Source: Eledone cirrhosa
Taxonomy: Eukaryota
Assembly (NCBI GenBank): GCA_964016885.1
Contig: OZ024742.1
Location: forward strand, 36,332,001-36,396,000
Direction of reading: 5' to 3'
DNA: 64,000 nucleotides
The notes below the pieces were generated by a model, which made no database searches, was not told the origin of the DNA, and saw only the letters and a program-made list of their open reading frames with translations. This document shows positions 40,397-54,978 of this stretch, piece by piece. Position 1 is the first letter of the stretch; every line of letters starts with the position of its first letter. Made by a program: the position numbers and the translations under genes.

Positions 40397-42369
40397 TACT
40401 GCAACTGGCAGCAAAACGGGAGTATTCCCAGTTCTGTGAGCCGGGGCGTAGTGACGCTGATAAGGAAAGACGAGAACAAGAGGGACACATTAGACAATTT
40501 CAGGCCCATAACTCTGCTCAACACAGAGTTTAAGATTTTGGCCAGGGTGTTAGAGAAGAGGTTGGCGCTTGTCGTCGGGGATTTGGTTGGGGAGGCGCAA
40601 ACTTGCGCAATCCCAACCAGGTCCATACACGACAACCTCTACTTAATGCGATACATCATAGAGAGGGTAGGGTGTAAACCTGGCTTCGGTGGGGCTCTGA
40701 TCAATTTAGATCAATCGAAAGCATTCGATAGAGTCGACCATCGGTACCTGGAGGCTGTCCTCAAGGCGGCTGGCTTCGGCCCCGTCTTCTGAAGCTGGAT
40801 CGCTGCAATGCACAGCGGCACCTGCTCGATGGTCAAAATTAATGGCCACCTCTCGGAACCGTTTCAGGTCTCCCGATCGGTCCGTCAAGGGTGCCATCTC
40901 TCCTCCCTTCTGTACGTATTGACTCTCGAGCCTTTACTGCGGAAGCTGGAGCTGTTGCAGGGCATCCCGCTCGAACCGGGATGCGGAAAGGCTGTGTCGG
41001 CTTATGCGGACGACATCACCGTGATGGTGTCGGACACCTCAGAAATCGAGGTGGTCGGCAACTTATTGGAGGAATATGAAAGGTTGACGGGAGCAAAACT
41101 TAACCCGGAAAAGTCAGTGGGCTTGCAACTCGGCACCTGGAGAGGCAAGTCCATGCCGTCCAACAGCGTCGTTAGGCGCTGGACGGACGGACCGGTAAAG
41201 TTGCTAGGGGTTTGGTTCGGGCCAGACCTCCAGGTGGATAAGAATTGGGACGAGGTGACGGGAAGGGTAGTCAGTCTTACCCAGAAATGGGCTGGGATGA
41301 AGCTATCACTGAAATGTCGGGCGGAGTTGGCGAACGCGAACATCGCGTCCGTCATCTACTACCGTCTGACTGTCGTCCCTTGCCCCCGTTCGCGCCTCGC
41401 CATCTTGGAGCGGCTCCTCTTCAAATTCTTGTGGAGGGGTCAGGTTCCGCTGGTGAGGCGGTCCATCTTCTGCCAGCACCCTCTACGTGGAGGGCTGGGC
41501 ATGCCGTGGCTAATGATGCGCAGGCACGCGCTGAGGCTGCGGCATCTCCAGATATTCTGCCTAAACGGTGAACAGGTGTGGTCGCCATTTGTCAGACGGG
41601 CTTTTCCGCAGCTCGTTTCTTTGACTGGGTCAAGAAGAGACCGAGACTCTACAGGCACGGAAGTGCTGTCAGACGGACCTGCCCGAGATGCGCGCAGAGC
41701 GACGAAACCGTTCTACACGCACTCCTCTAGTGTCCGTGCATTACTGACTTGTGGAGTTATGTTGAACAGCTGTTGTCGCGTGTAGAGCGGAGCCGGCTAT
41801 CGGCCGAGTCCATAGTGAAGATCGACCCGCCGCCTTCTTTTGGCCAGGAAGGGCAGGCAATTTTCCTCTGTCTGGTGGCAGTATCGAAAGAGGTTGTATG
41901 GTGGACGAGGTTGAAAGGACTGAAGACAGACACTTTTCTCTTCGGCCAATCCCTCATCAACTTTTTCAAGTTTCACTTGGAAAGGAAGCTGAGGGTGGAG
42001 AGAGAAGTGCTGCCCCCCAGTACATTTGATGAAAGGTGGGTGGTTGTGGCGAGAATGACCCGTGTGAGTGGACCTACTCTGGTCATGCGGCTGTAGGTAG
42101 GTAAATTTGAAGAGGAGAGGGGTGCCCTTCCAGGGTTCTCTCGAAGCGTCGGGTCATTCAGGACTGGTGGGGTACCTGAGCGAACCGTAGGTGGTCATCC
42201 CCCCTATTGGGGAATGTTTTCTTGTTGTAATTTTCTTGTTACTTTATTGTTACTTTGTTATTGTTACTTTGTTTATTCATATTGTTTACTCGATTTTTCT
42301 GTAAAACCCCACTGTCCCAGTCTTTTGTATTGTCCCCTATATGTCGGCCCTTGTGGCCAATAAATGAAA

Positions 42370-42370
<1 letters not shown>
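40397..42370 (+). mobile_element. Tx1-like LINE, 5'-truncated second copy
   Basis: NFRPITLLNTEFKILA, LDQSKAFDRV, SVRQGC, AYADD. Colinear with 33155-35390 and has the same 3' tail motif. Confidence 0.9.
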
Positions 42371-42404
<34 letters not shown>

Positions 42405-42479
42405 TATATATATATATATATATTTAAAGTACCAGTAATGCACTGGGATAATTGCTGACCTTATGCCAAAAGTAGAAAC

Positions 42480-42523
<44 letters not shown>

Positions 42524-42566
42524 AAAATTAACATAGTGGATACCTAAATGCCATTTACTCACAAAA

Positions 42567-42688
<122 letters not shown>

Positions 42689-43481
42689 TATATACATGGA
42701 AGACGGGATGGTAATAACTGGTGGAACGCTATTGATCGTGGGTCTGCTCGACCTATGCTGACCTGGATTTAAAATGCAACAATTACATCAATATAAACAT
42801 ATAAATTTACCATCCCTATTGAGAGTCTCCTCCTACACGCTTCACACCGCCGTGATCTATCTGCGATAAAACAGTCGTCTATACGAAACATGAAAGACCA
42901 ATGAAAAACGCCAGCAACTCATTTACAATAATAACAACCATACTTTATAACTAAATAAATATAATTAAGTCTTCTAAATCTAGTAAGTTATTTTACTGAC
43001 ATATCTTTTCGTTTATCACGCCTAACCTCGCAGTAACAACCGGAAGAAAAAGTAGTGAGATATGTGAATGTAAATATGAACAACATTTATAGAAGTAAAA
43101 CTGGAATTGTTTAAATTATTGAATTGATAAAGTAGGAAAGTATTTCACGTGGAATTTCTTACAGGAAGAAATAGAAAGGATTGTCAAATATTTCCTTAAC
43201 ATAAGAAAATAAACTAAATAGGCGGCGTTTTAATCTTTTTCACAATTCTTTTATTTCCATATTTTTTAGATAAATGTTTCAGAGATTAAAGTTATTTATC
43301 AATGGCGGTGTGAATTGGCAGCATTGTGGATTGGCAGTATTATATTTGTTATAGAACAGGGTATTTGTTGTAGGAAGCATTATTTGTTCCGGTTTTCTGC
43401 GTTTTGAATTCAAATCTCCCTGAGATCAACTTTGCCTTCGATACTGACGAAGATTAGCCGAGCCGTCAAAAAGTGTCAGAT

Positions 43482-43513
<32 letters not shown>

Positions 43514-43531
43514 TGTATGTATGTATGTATG

Positions 43532-43900
43532 TCTCATGGTCGGGTCGTTGGCGACTAAACTGGCAACCCCACCAAGGTTTCTTGATGAGGAGGGTGACTT
43601 TAGACATCCTGCAGGACTAAAAACAAAACCTGTCAAAGGGCAAAGGAGCTCTTAAGAGTCAATGGCCATCCAAAATCACCGGGAAAGATGACCCCTTAGC
43701 CTTTGTCAAGACAGAATTCTAGGAGAAGGAAAACTCTGATATAACACCCGCAACCCTGATGGTATCCAATGATGTTGACTTGTTCTTCTTTTTGGTAAAT
43801 ATCATCTTGGTTAAGAGAGTGGGACTGGCTTTGTGCACTGCCTTTGCTCACTATAAAAGCTTCACGACACAGGCATTGCTTTATATCTGGAGAACTCTCT
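43532..43900 (+). repeat. RTE 5'-UTR-derived repeat
   Basis: catggtcgggtcg...ccccttagcctttgtcaag...ttctaggagaaggaaaactctga. Related copies at 50480-50700(-), 52555-52770(-), 53955-54122(+) and 8790-9020(-). Confidence 0.65.
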
Positions 43901-44444
43901 GCACTTGTCGTCACATGGTACCATGGCTCCAGCACTATGTGTCAATAATTGTCACAAGTGTAGTGTTTGTACCAGAGTTTTCAAGTCGCTGGCTGGACTA
44001 AAAAGTCACACTCGTTCAGCACATCGGTAGGGGTTCTCCTACATGGATATAAAGTAGTGGCCGTACTCAAAAGTGAGTTGGCAGCCACCATGTATGTATG
44101 TATGTATGTATGTACGTTTTTGTTTTATAATTTTACAAATTTTTACTAATAGAGAGAGAGTCAGTTTCTAACATAGACACAAGACTCTCTCATTGGAATT
44201 TACACAACATCAACTAGGAAGATATGTATGCATGTCTGCATGCAAGCATGTGTGTGGTGGTATGGATGCTATTGTATGTGTGGATGTGTATGTTTTGAGT
44301 TATATGTGGTCATGTGTATATGCTTTGTATCTGTACAAGTGTATATGCAGTTATTAGATGCAGAATTTCTGAAGGTATTGTCAGACTGGAGTATCTGTAG
44401 ATTTCTCATTAGTTTTGCATGTATGTATGTATATATCTATGTAT

Positions 44445-44686
44445 GTGTGGCTTTGTGGTTAGGGAATTTGGCTAAGGATCATCAGGTCGTGAGTTCGATT
44501 TCCAGCGATGCGTTGTGTCCTTGAGCAAGACACTTCATTTCACGTTGCTCCAGTTCATTCAACTGGCAAAATGAGATGTACATGTAATTCGAATCTCCCT
44601 GAGAACTACGTTATGGGTACACGTGGAGGCTGTTCCGTTGATCGGATCAACTGGAACACTCGTCGTTGTAACCGACGGAGTGCCTT
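44445..44686 (+). mobile_element. tRNA-derived CORE-type SINE
   Basis: A-box tggctttgtgg, B-box gagttcgattt, core tgtgtccttgagcaagacactt. Confidence 0.7.
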
Positions 44687-45540
44687 CCATGTGCGTGTGT
44701 GGATGGATGGACGGATGGATGGATAATGGGTGGATGAATCATTGGAAAATGTGATTGTTGCTAATGGAAAAAAGAATTGCAATGGGATGAGCTGAAAGTA
44801 GAGTGCTGAAATAACAACAACAATAATAACGCGAAAAGAAAGAAAGAATGCAGGAGCAGACATAAGACACTTCTTTAACATATGACGACATTGAAAACAC
44901 GTAACAAGAGTGTTTAACTAATGTCCCCCCCCCCCCCCGCTCTATCTATTACGACTCAGGAATACCAAGCAACCATAAAAGTACTATTACGATCAAACGA
45001 GAAGTTCCTGTGGTAGTTATATAGTTCCGAGTGTAACAATTGACGGAGTCTACATAGAAAATTACAAACATTTTTTAAATACACCATAATCCAGACGTGT
45101 GGGAATAGCTTTTATTGTGTAACACTTACACGTGTTTCATCATATGTATTATATATAAGTCTTGGAGCGCTAATTTTTTATTATGTCATTATTTTAATGA
45201 AAATTAATTCGCATCCAACTACTTAGATATTGTAGTTACAATGAATTTTCAAAGTGGAATGAGAAGACAAGTATGAATAGATAGATTGTAAGAAAAAAAA
45301 GGGGGGGGGGGGAGAAATTAGAAAAAAAATATATAAAGAGAAAAAAGAAAGGAAGATGAAATACGAATAGGAGATAGTAAATGTGTTACATGAAAGAAAC
45401 AATAGAATTTTAGTATTAGCCATTATAATAAGAGACACAAACAAGGACAATAACAACAATTATTTAGTACGTTAATCAATCTGACAGCTATTTGATCCTT
45501 AACAGCTGGTATCATATATATATATATACATATTTATTTA

Positions 45541-45586
<46 letters not shown>

Positions 45587-45618
45587 ATTAGAAATTGAAC
45601 AACACAAAATATAACTAC

Positions 45619-45685
45619 TTCATTACCAAAGGTTTCTGGATCACAGGCGATAATAATATACGTCTGGATCGGTCGTCAGACAGAG
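45619..45685 (-). ncRNA. Degenerate hammerhead motif
   Basis: Minus strand ctgt-CTGACGA-ccgatccagacg...cgcctgtgatcca-GAAA-cctttgg-TA-atga. Weak stem I. Confidence 0.45.
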
Positions 45686-45747
45686 ATAGCACTCTTTTTT
45701 CCTTTGCTTTCCTTCGGAATTACCTAACATGTATATATATATATATA

Positions 45748-45794
<47 letters not shown>

Positions 45795-45888
45795 GTGTGT
45801 GCCGTATGGTTGCTAGGATGCGTCCATAGGCGGAATGCCGGTTGAGCACTCTATACTGTTCCGATGCATCACTGATTCTTCCTTTTCC

Positions 45889-45928
<40 letters not shown>

Positions 45929-45951
45929 ATGTATATATATGTATATTATAC

Positions 45952-45997
<46 letters not shown>

Positions 45998-46437
45998 GTA
46001 TATATACGCTTAGACACATAGATGTACGTATACATGTATATTTTAATCTTTCTATAAAGATAATCTAAACTGGTGATGTCTATGCGTCGTAACATACGTT
46101 TATAGCTGATTAAAACAGTAAATATACTATTACAATTATTTCACGGTTATCCAATTTGCAAATTTTGTACAGAAAGCAATATTTAAAAGCTAATTTAAAA
46201 AAAAAACATTACTGCCTCTGTAAAGAGATCAATAAATCGGCTGAGATCTATTAGAATCAAATAAATTTCGCTATCGATCTTCAAAATTTTATTTTTTGTT
46301 TTATGTGTGGGAATATCTTACAGACATTTTTAATATTTTTAATTACAAAGACTAATTCGTGAGAATACGTGGAACCAACATTTCATGGAATAGCTGCTGA
46401 ACACAAAAACTTGCACCTTAAGGAAAACGAAAGACTG

Positions 46438-46526
<89 letters not shown>

Positions 46527-46672
46527 TGTGTGTATGTATGTGTGTGTGTGTGTGTGTGCGCGCGCGCGCGTGTGTGTATAAATATATATTTATATATACA
46601 CACAGCCTACTTACTAACTTCCGCAGATACGAACAGTCTCACAAAGATAAAAAAGAAACTTGGTCTGAGTTT

Positions 46673-46839
46673 GAGGCACGATCGATGTGATGATCGAACC
46701 TGACGCTGAAAATCGCAAGGTCCTCAGATACGTCTTGATTCTACGAAGCAGATTTTCCTAATTAGGAAAATCTGTTTCGTAGAATCAAGACGTATGCGAT
46801 TTTCAGAGTCAGGTTCGATCATCACATCGATCGTGCCTC
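46673..46839. repeat. ~80-bp-arm hairpin with an 11-nt bulge
   Basis: gaggcacgatcgatgtg...ttttcctaa|ttaggaaaa...cacatcgatcgtgcctc. Confidence 0.9.
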
Positions 46840-46979
46840 GAACTGGTCACCAGAGAAATGATTGTAATATGTCAAATAAATTCCATTCGTCGCAACACTG
46901 ATTCTCTTTTTTTTATGAGAGCATCGAGTGCTCAAACGGCCTACCGCATATGGACGCTTTAAGCATGCAACACCAATTA

Positions 46980-47098
<119 letters not shown>

Positions 47099-47387
47099 TT
47101 GTGTGTCCATGTCTATATATATATGTTTGCATGAATGAACGAATAGATTTAGTAGAATGTACAACCACTGATTCCAACTATCTGCACTATCGTATGTTTT
47201 GGTTTCTGGTAATTCCCTGGGGAATTGGTTGACCAAATGCTTTGTTTAATTGTTTTATTTATTTATTTTTTTATTTATTTATTCTTTCTCGTAGATTTCA
47301 GGTAATATTTGAAAGCAATCCATTGGCCCCTAAAATACTACAGTGGGACCCCTGGAGCCCACTTGCCATTGGGCAACCTGTCCGCCA

Positions 47388-47432
<45 letters not shown>

Positions 47433-47726
47433 GTAGTAATGAATTTAAATACTGTAAAGCTAATGACAATAAATTGTTAAAGAAAAAAGTACTTTTTGAA
47501 TTCTGCGAAAGCAAAATGGTACCCCATACCATAGGTACGATTTCGGCTTATACATATATACCTCTATATACTGTCTATATATATATATCACTCATATGGA
47601 AACCTGTAGTATCTATGTAACATATATGTGCTTACTGGTACGTACTGTGTTAGATGATCAACTTACGAACAAATCTGGAACTAGCTGTTGAAATGGGAAG
47701 AGGTCAGTCGTCGGGTCCCGACAATT

Positions 47727-47905
<179 letters not shown>

Positions 47906-47916
47906 CATACATAATA

Positions 47917-48642
47917 AACCATCGTCTCGCTGTGTTTGGCCTTTAACGTTTGTTATAGCTCTGGTTCATCTGAATCATTGAGCACTTGCCGCACATCTCG
48001 GAGGATGTTTTTCGTTATTTCGTGGGCCGAAATGCGAATCTCGATAATTTATGTTTGTATTATTCTCCAGACTCTAGCTATTGACCAGTTAATTTTCTTG
48101 ATTTTTTAGTTGATTCTATTGACTGATGAATAGCTTATGTTAATTTTAACCCTTCTGTTGAGAACTCTATTCGATTTGTGATGTTTTTGCATTCTTGCAA
48201 AAATTATTCACAACTGAATTCATTCGCCTGATATAGGGGTTGCCTCCCTTGCCGATCCCCACGTGGGGTCAGCAATAGTCAGTCCTTGTATTAACATTGA
48301 ACTAAAACCTGTTGAGAAAGTGGCTTCCTTGTTCAATCATCTTACCAGAAGCCTGACATTATTTATGTAAGCGGACGGTACTTGATTTAGGAGACGCAAA
48401 AAACCCATATACTGGATTTTACCAACCTTCCAGGGGTCCAGGTAAATTTTCAATACCCGAATTACTTGATCGTTTTTTTTTTGCTATGCGATTGATTGTT
48501 TAACCATCGTCTCAGTGTGTTTGGCCTTTAACGTTTGTTATAGCTCTGGTTCATCTGAATCATTGAGCACTTGCCGCACATCTCGGAGGTTGTTTTTCGT
48601 TATTTCGTGGGCCGAAATGCGAATCTCGATAATTTATGTTTG

Positions 48643-48645
<3 letters not shown>
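47917..48645. repeat. Partial tandem unit (585-bp period) within (TA)n
   Basis: 47917-48060 is repeated at 48502-48645. Confidence 0.85.
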
Positions 48646-48738
<93 letters not shown>

Positions 48739-48739
48739 C

Positions 48740-49605
48740 TGTTTAATATTCTGATCGCTCGCAGACTTGGTACGAGTGATGAAGAACGTGTCCCGCATGT
48801 GCGACCCAACAGAAATGGAAAGACACATCCAACACTTCATCAACCGCATGCAGTTCTCTGGCTACAACCAAAGAAACAGAATCAGAATATACGAAGGAGC
48901 CACGGAGAAATATAAGACCCTCATAGAACTGGACATGAAAGGAATTTGCCCATTATACAGGAGCAAATGATGGAATAGCTTAGATACGACTAGACATAAG
49001 ATAGAGAAAGCCACCTCATGGTACGACAACCAGAGATACCAGAGTGTCATGTTTGTGGACGCTACCCCTGGAGGTAAATTAGCTAACCATTGTAGAAAGG
49101 CTCTGAGAAAGACCCACTTAAAGATTAAGGTGGTAGATATGCCAGGAACCACCATAAAATCCCTGATCAGCAAAACCTACCCTTTTAAGAAAACCCACTG
49201 TACTAATAGGAAATGTATTATATGTAAAGTAAACCCCCGGATAAACTGTAAAACTAGAAACGTAGTCTATAGCATAGCATAAGATGTACAGAGGGTACTT
49301 GCAGAAACATGACAACAACATACATAGGCGAGACAGCTCGTAACATAGGTGAAAGGATAGACCAACAGTGGGGGGAACTAAAAGGACGGAAAAACGGTTC
49401 AGTACTATACGAACATGCCAGACAACAACACGACGGTAACATAGACAACATAGAAATTAGAATAATATCTAAACATAGAAATGACCCAGCAGATAGGCAA
49501 ATCAGAGAGGCCAGCGAAATAGAACTTAGAAGGCCAAGGCTAAACATAAAAAATGAATGGTATAACAACAACACCCAAACAAACAATACTGACCTAAGAG
49601 AAGTA

Positions 49606-49640
<35 letters not shown>

Positions 49641-50030
49641 ATACGCAAGCACAATAACAACAAACACATATAAACACACACTAGTAAACTAAGATAGAAT
49701 ACAATACCCAATACACAGTCACCCAAACACGAACACACATCAAACACTATACACACACGCAAACGCATGCGCAGAGAAGAAGACAAAAATAAATAAATAA
49801 ATAAACAGACTAAATAAAGATGGCGTAGGCATACAATACAACAGGAGGAAACATAATAGAACCACTGACGATGTTGCAGATGTGCAACGAAAGAACTTTG
49901 TTAGACTATATATATGTATTTGTATCTATATTGTATCTGTATTTTTTACCGTTGGTCAGTCAATGGCAACATTGAGGACCGAATAAATTAAATTAACTGA
50001 TATAAAAGATACAGAAGCGAAAACCAACCA
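48740..50030 (+). mobile_element. Penelope-like element, 5'-truncated (RT thumb, GIY-YIG, HHR)
   Basis: RMQFSGY, MFVDATPGGKL, CTNRKCIIC, NVVYSI..YIGETARNIGERI..H..RQIREASEI..PRLN, with stops and frameshifts. Confidence 0.85.
49861..49902 (+). ncRNA. Hammerhead ribozyme in Penelope 3' region (family F)
   Basis: acca-CTGACGA-t-gttgca gatg tgcaac-GAAA-gaac-TT-tgtt. Confidence 0.68.
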
Positions 50031-50721
50031 AACAGTGAGTGTGTTCTCTTATTAATTCTGGCAATATTACACAAATATGACCCTCCCCAAGTATAACAAT
50101 ATATATATACATATGTCTGTATATATATATATGTATGTATCTATATATATATGATGGCTGCAACTTGCTTTCGAGTAATGCCATCGCTTGATACTTAAGC
50201 ATGAGCATCACGAACTGGCTTTTTAATCCTGCTAGGGACTTGCCTATGGCCAGCAATACCATGTATCGAAAAAATTGTCATATATTAAACGATGCCTGTA
50301 CTTGAAGCTTTTCTAAGTGAGGAAAGGCTTTGCACGGGGCTAATCACACTTTCTGAATGCATTTGCCCAAAAAGAAGATCTGGTCTACATCGTTGGATGC
50401 AAACGAAGTTGCAGGTTTTATGTTAGAGTGACTTTTAAGACTCGGAGTCTCTCACTCCACAAAACAAATAGAAAAAACTTTATTGGATGGCCGTTGACTC
50501 TCCTGAGTTCCTCCGCTCTTTGACGGGTTTTGTTTTTCATCCCACCGGATGACCAAAATCACCCTCCTCACCCTCCTCACCAAGCTTGCTTGGTGAGGAG
50601 GGGGATTTGTTGGGTTGCCGGGTTAGTCACCGACGACCCGACCATGCACAGCTTGTACTGAGTTACATGATACCCAGCAGCGTTGAAGAGCGACCTGACA
50701 TAATATATATATGTATGTATG

Positions 50722-51135
50722 TCATAAAGTAAGACCAGTGGTTGACTACCAGGCTGCTGTTGGAGATGCTACTCATCATGCTTGCCAAACATGTGGTAGA
50801 GAATGTAAATCAGCAGGAGGGCTCAAGCGACATGCAAAAGTACATGAACTCCAACCACAGCCGACTATTCCCAGTGAATGTTTTGGCTGCCGACTCTGTG
50901 CAAGACATTTTAGATCATTGGCTGGGCTAAAAAGCCACATTCGATCGGTGTTAATTGGTATCGTGTGTGTGTGTATATTTATGTTTATGTGTGTGCGTGG
51001 GTGTGTATATATATATATGTATATCATTATTGTTGTTGTTGTCGTTATTATTATTGTTGTTATTATATTATTATTGTTATTAATTTTTTTTTCTCGTGCA
51101 ATGGCCATACTCGATAACGAGGGGGCAGCCATTAT
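50722..51135 (+). mobile_element. 5'-truncated copy of the 4.7-9.1 kb RTE (zinc-finger end plus 3' terminus)
   Basis: Near-identical to the reverse complement of 5165-5395 and 4690-4735. Confidence 0.9.
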
Positions 51136-51147
51136 CATGTATGTATG

Positions 51148-51240
<93 letters not shown>

Positions 51241-51259
51241 ATACATATATATATATACA

Positions 51260-51352
<93 letters not shown>

Positions 51353-51406
51353 AAAAGAGAGAGTGAGAGGAAAAAAAAGAAAGAAAGAAAGAGAGATGTA
51401 CCAATC

Positions 51407-51449
<43 letters not shown>

Positions 51450-52025
51450 TATAATACATATATAATTCTCATTTACATAAATATCTAAAAGGAAAACGTT
51501 TCCTGACCCTACAGTGACGTCATAGCTACAATCTTATTTGATTGGCCCGCTTGTTGATTACCTCAATGACTGCAGTTTTCTCTAGTTCCCATAACAACTT
51601 CAATATAGTGTTCATGTGATAAGTCAGTCGATAGACAAGAAATACAACAACAGTAACAACAACAACAATAATAGCTGCATCAACAACAACAACAGCAACA
51701 ACAGCAACAACAACAGCAGCAATAGCTGCAGCAACAACAACAACAGTAGCAATAGCTGCAGCAATAGATGCAATGAGGATGAGAGCTACAGCATAAAAGT
51801 AAAAAGAAACAACAGCAGAAACAACAGCAACAACAACAGTAATATCAAGAAAACAGCAACAACAACAACAACAACAACCATAATAGCAGATTCAACATTT
51901 TATTAACGATTTTTATTCGTTTTCGTGGTATTTGTTGATTTATTTGTCTGTTTGTCTTATTTTCATATTTATGTTATTTGTATTTATCGAATTAATGAAA
52001 CGTGTGTTTTAATGTCTATGTATGT

Positions 52026-52106
<81 letters not shown>

Positions 52107-53609
52107 TGTGTGTGTGTGTGTATGTGTGTGTGTGTGTTGGATCATCGTCGGTTCCGACGACGAGTATTCCAACTGTTTGTTCAACAGAACAACCAGCTCA
52201 TGAAATTAATATGATGTGCAATAGCAGAGCATTCTAGAAAAAAAAAACGTTTTCTCCCTACGTAGTTCTGGGGGAGATTCAGCAGGACACTATGTATCTG
52301 GCCTTTTGAATTAAAGATACAACTCATTTTTGCCATCTGAGTAGATTGGTCTTGTATCTTCCTACCCTCTTAGCTGAGGCTCGGAGACGGGACAATTACG
52401 GAGACCTTGAACAAGACACAAGATGATATTGTAAGTCCATGATTCTCATCGGAAAAAATATGACATCACTGGATCCTGATTATTGTCCAACCATTACGCG
52501 TTGGCTACTTGACAGGTGGTCGCCAAAGTGACTAAGGTGTCCCATCTACTCTGTTTTGAAATCAGAGTGATCCTTCTTCTAGAGAGACAGCCAAACAAAT
52601 CTAACGAGCTCTGTCTACTGTTTTGTTTTGTTTTTTTACACACTATTAGATAACCGCTGCTTTGTTTTACACCTCGCAGGCTTGGTGGGGTTGCCGGTTC
52701 AGTTGCTGACGAGCCGACCTTGTGACAGGTTGTTCTGGGTTACATGTTACTTGTAGCGCTCAAAAGCAAAAAACATTATTGGAGCAACATGAAATAAAGT
52801 GTCTTGCTCAAGGACGCAACACGCCACCAAAAATCGAACTTACGGCCATGAGCCAAACACTAACAAATAAGCTACATACCTTTACAAATGATGAAATAAA
52901 CAAAGGTGATTAATTTGGCAGGCATTAGTGTTCAACTTTACTTTTCGTCCTTTAGGAGTAGATAAAGAAAGTACCAACCAAGGGCTGGTACAGCTCTCTC
53001 TCTCTTTCTATTTGTCACATCCTAGACATATGTAACCATGGCACTCGACCTGAGCTTAAGGGCACAAGGAGGGGGCGGGAGGTCAAAAACAAATTATTGC
53101 GTGAAATTATTGCTCCATTTCTAAAGCATCTTCCTCGGTTAGCTGAGCAGGTGGGGTCTAAATTGCTTTGAAGGTCGGCATTGGCCATTCAATTTATTCG
53201 AAATAGTAGCCAAATCTTCCTCACCATCAAATCACACGACATCGTCGTAGGATAGATCCTATAATCCGGTATACGGTATTCTAACCCCAGCTTGCATGAC
53301 GGGACACTTCCTTCATCAGCTGCCGACTGGAAATCTAACTTCCGACAGTATCTATTTCTCCATGAAATAGAAACCCTATATATTATTGAATGTTCGATTG
53401 GTCCATTTGTATTCCGAAAGTCTATTTCTACATGTATACATATATAATATATATATCTGTTTCTCTCTCTTCTCTTGTCAGTTTATCTTTGACCGGCCAC
53501 CTTTCTCACAACGTTATAAAGAAAAGGTAATGTTTCTATTTATGTTTGTATGTAAGTATGTCTTTCTTTCGCTCTCTCTCTCTCTCACTCTCTCACGTCT
53601 CTCACTCTC

Positions 53610-53654
<45 letters not shown>

Positions 53655-53665
53655 GTATATATATA

Positions 53666-53735
<70 letters not shown>

Positions 53736-53795
53736 TATATACATATATACATATATATACAATATACTCACGTATCATATATATATATATATATA

Positions 53796-53896
53796 CAGGG
53801 TGTCCCAAAAAAATGTATACACACATTGATTACCTGTACAGGCAATATTTATTATAATGTTGTTGCAGTATGTACACGTTTTTATGGGACACCCTG
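53796..53896. mobile_element. Tc1/mariner-type MITE
   Basis: TIRs CAGGGTGTCCCA.AAAA / TTTT.TGGGACACCCTG with TA on both sides. Confidence 0.8.
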
Positions 53897-54136
53897 TATG
53901 TATGTATGCATATATATATATATATATGTGTGTGTGTGTATGTATGTATGGGAGAGATGACCCCTTAGCCTTTGTCAAGGCAGAATTCTAGGAGAAGGAA
54001 AACTCTGATATAAACACCTGCAACCCTGATGGTATCCAATGATGTTGACTTGTTCTTCTTTTTGGTAAATATCATCTTGGTTAAGAGAGTGGGACTGGAT
54101 TTGTGCAGTGCCTTTGCTCACTATATATACACATAT

Positions 54137-54186
<50 letters not shown>

Positions 54187-54231
54187 GTATATACACACAC
54201 ACACATACATACATATATATATATATATATA

Positions 54232-54300
<69 letters not shown>

Positions 54301-54330
54301 CACATATATACATATATACATATATATATG

Positions 54331-54412
<82 letters not shown>

Positions 54413-54450
54413 CACATATATACATATATACATATAAATATATATATATG

Positions 54451-54481
<31 letters not shown>

Positions 54482-54517
54482 GTATACATATATATACATA
54501 TATACATATATATATAT

Positions 54518-54588
<71 letters not shown>

Positions 54589-54750
54589 TATGCCAGGACA
54601 GGGTGGAGGTCTCAAGGCGATGATGTTGGACTAAGACATGTGGCAGGGACTAAAAAGAAGTACACAACCCCATTTAGACGAACGCCTGATTTCTTCCATG
54701 ATTGTTTATTCTCCATATCTGTAAGTGTGGGTGGGTGGGTGTATGCGTCC

Positions 54751-54785
<35 letters not shown>

Positions 54786-54823
54786 TGTGTGTGTGTGTGT
54801 GCGTCAGTGTGGGGGGGGGGGGC

Positions 54824-54856
<33 letters not shown>

Positions 54857-54936
54857 TGTGTGTGTGTCTGTGTGTGTGTGTGTGTATGTGTAGGTGGGTG
54901 TGTGCGTGTGTGTGGGTGTGAGAGAGAGAGTGTGTG

Positions 54937-54978
<42 letters not shown>

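Noticed and set aside
47341-47390. 50-bp CAGTGG...CCACTG mini-element
   Set aside because: A 6-bp TIR is too short to distinguish from chance.
50600-50700. Twister or HDV-like fold in the RTE 5'-UTR repeat (minus strand)
   Set aside because: A 7-bp P1-like pairing exists, but the required L3/P1.1 or twister pseudoknots are missing.
53295-53325. Minus-strand CTGATGA-a-gga agtg tcc
   Set aside because: No GAAA or UH after the stem.
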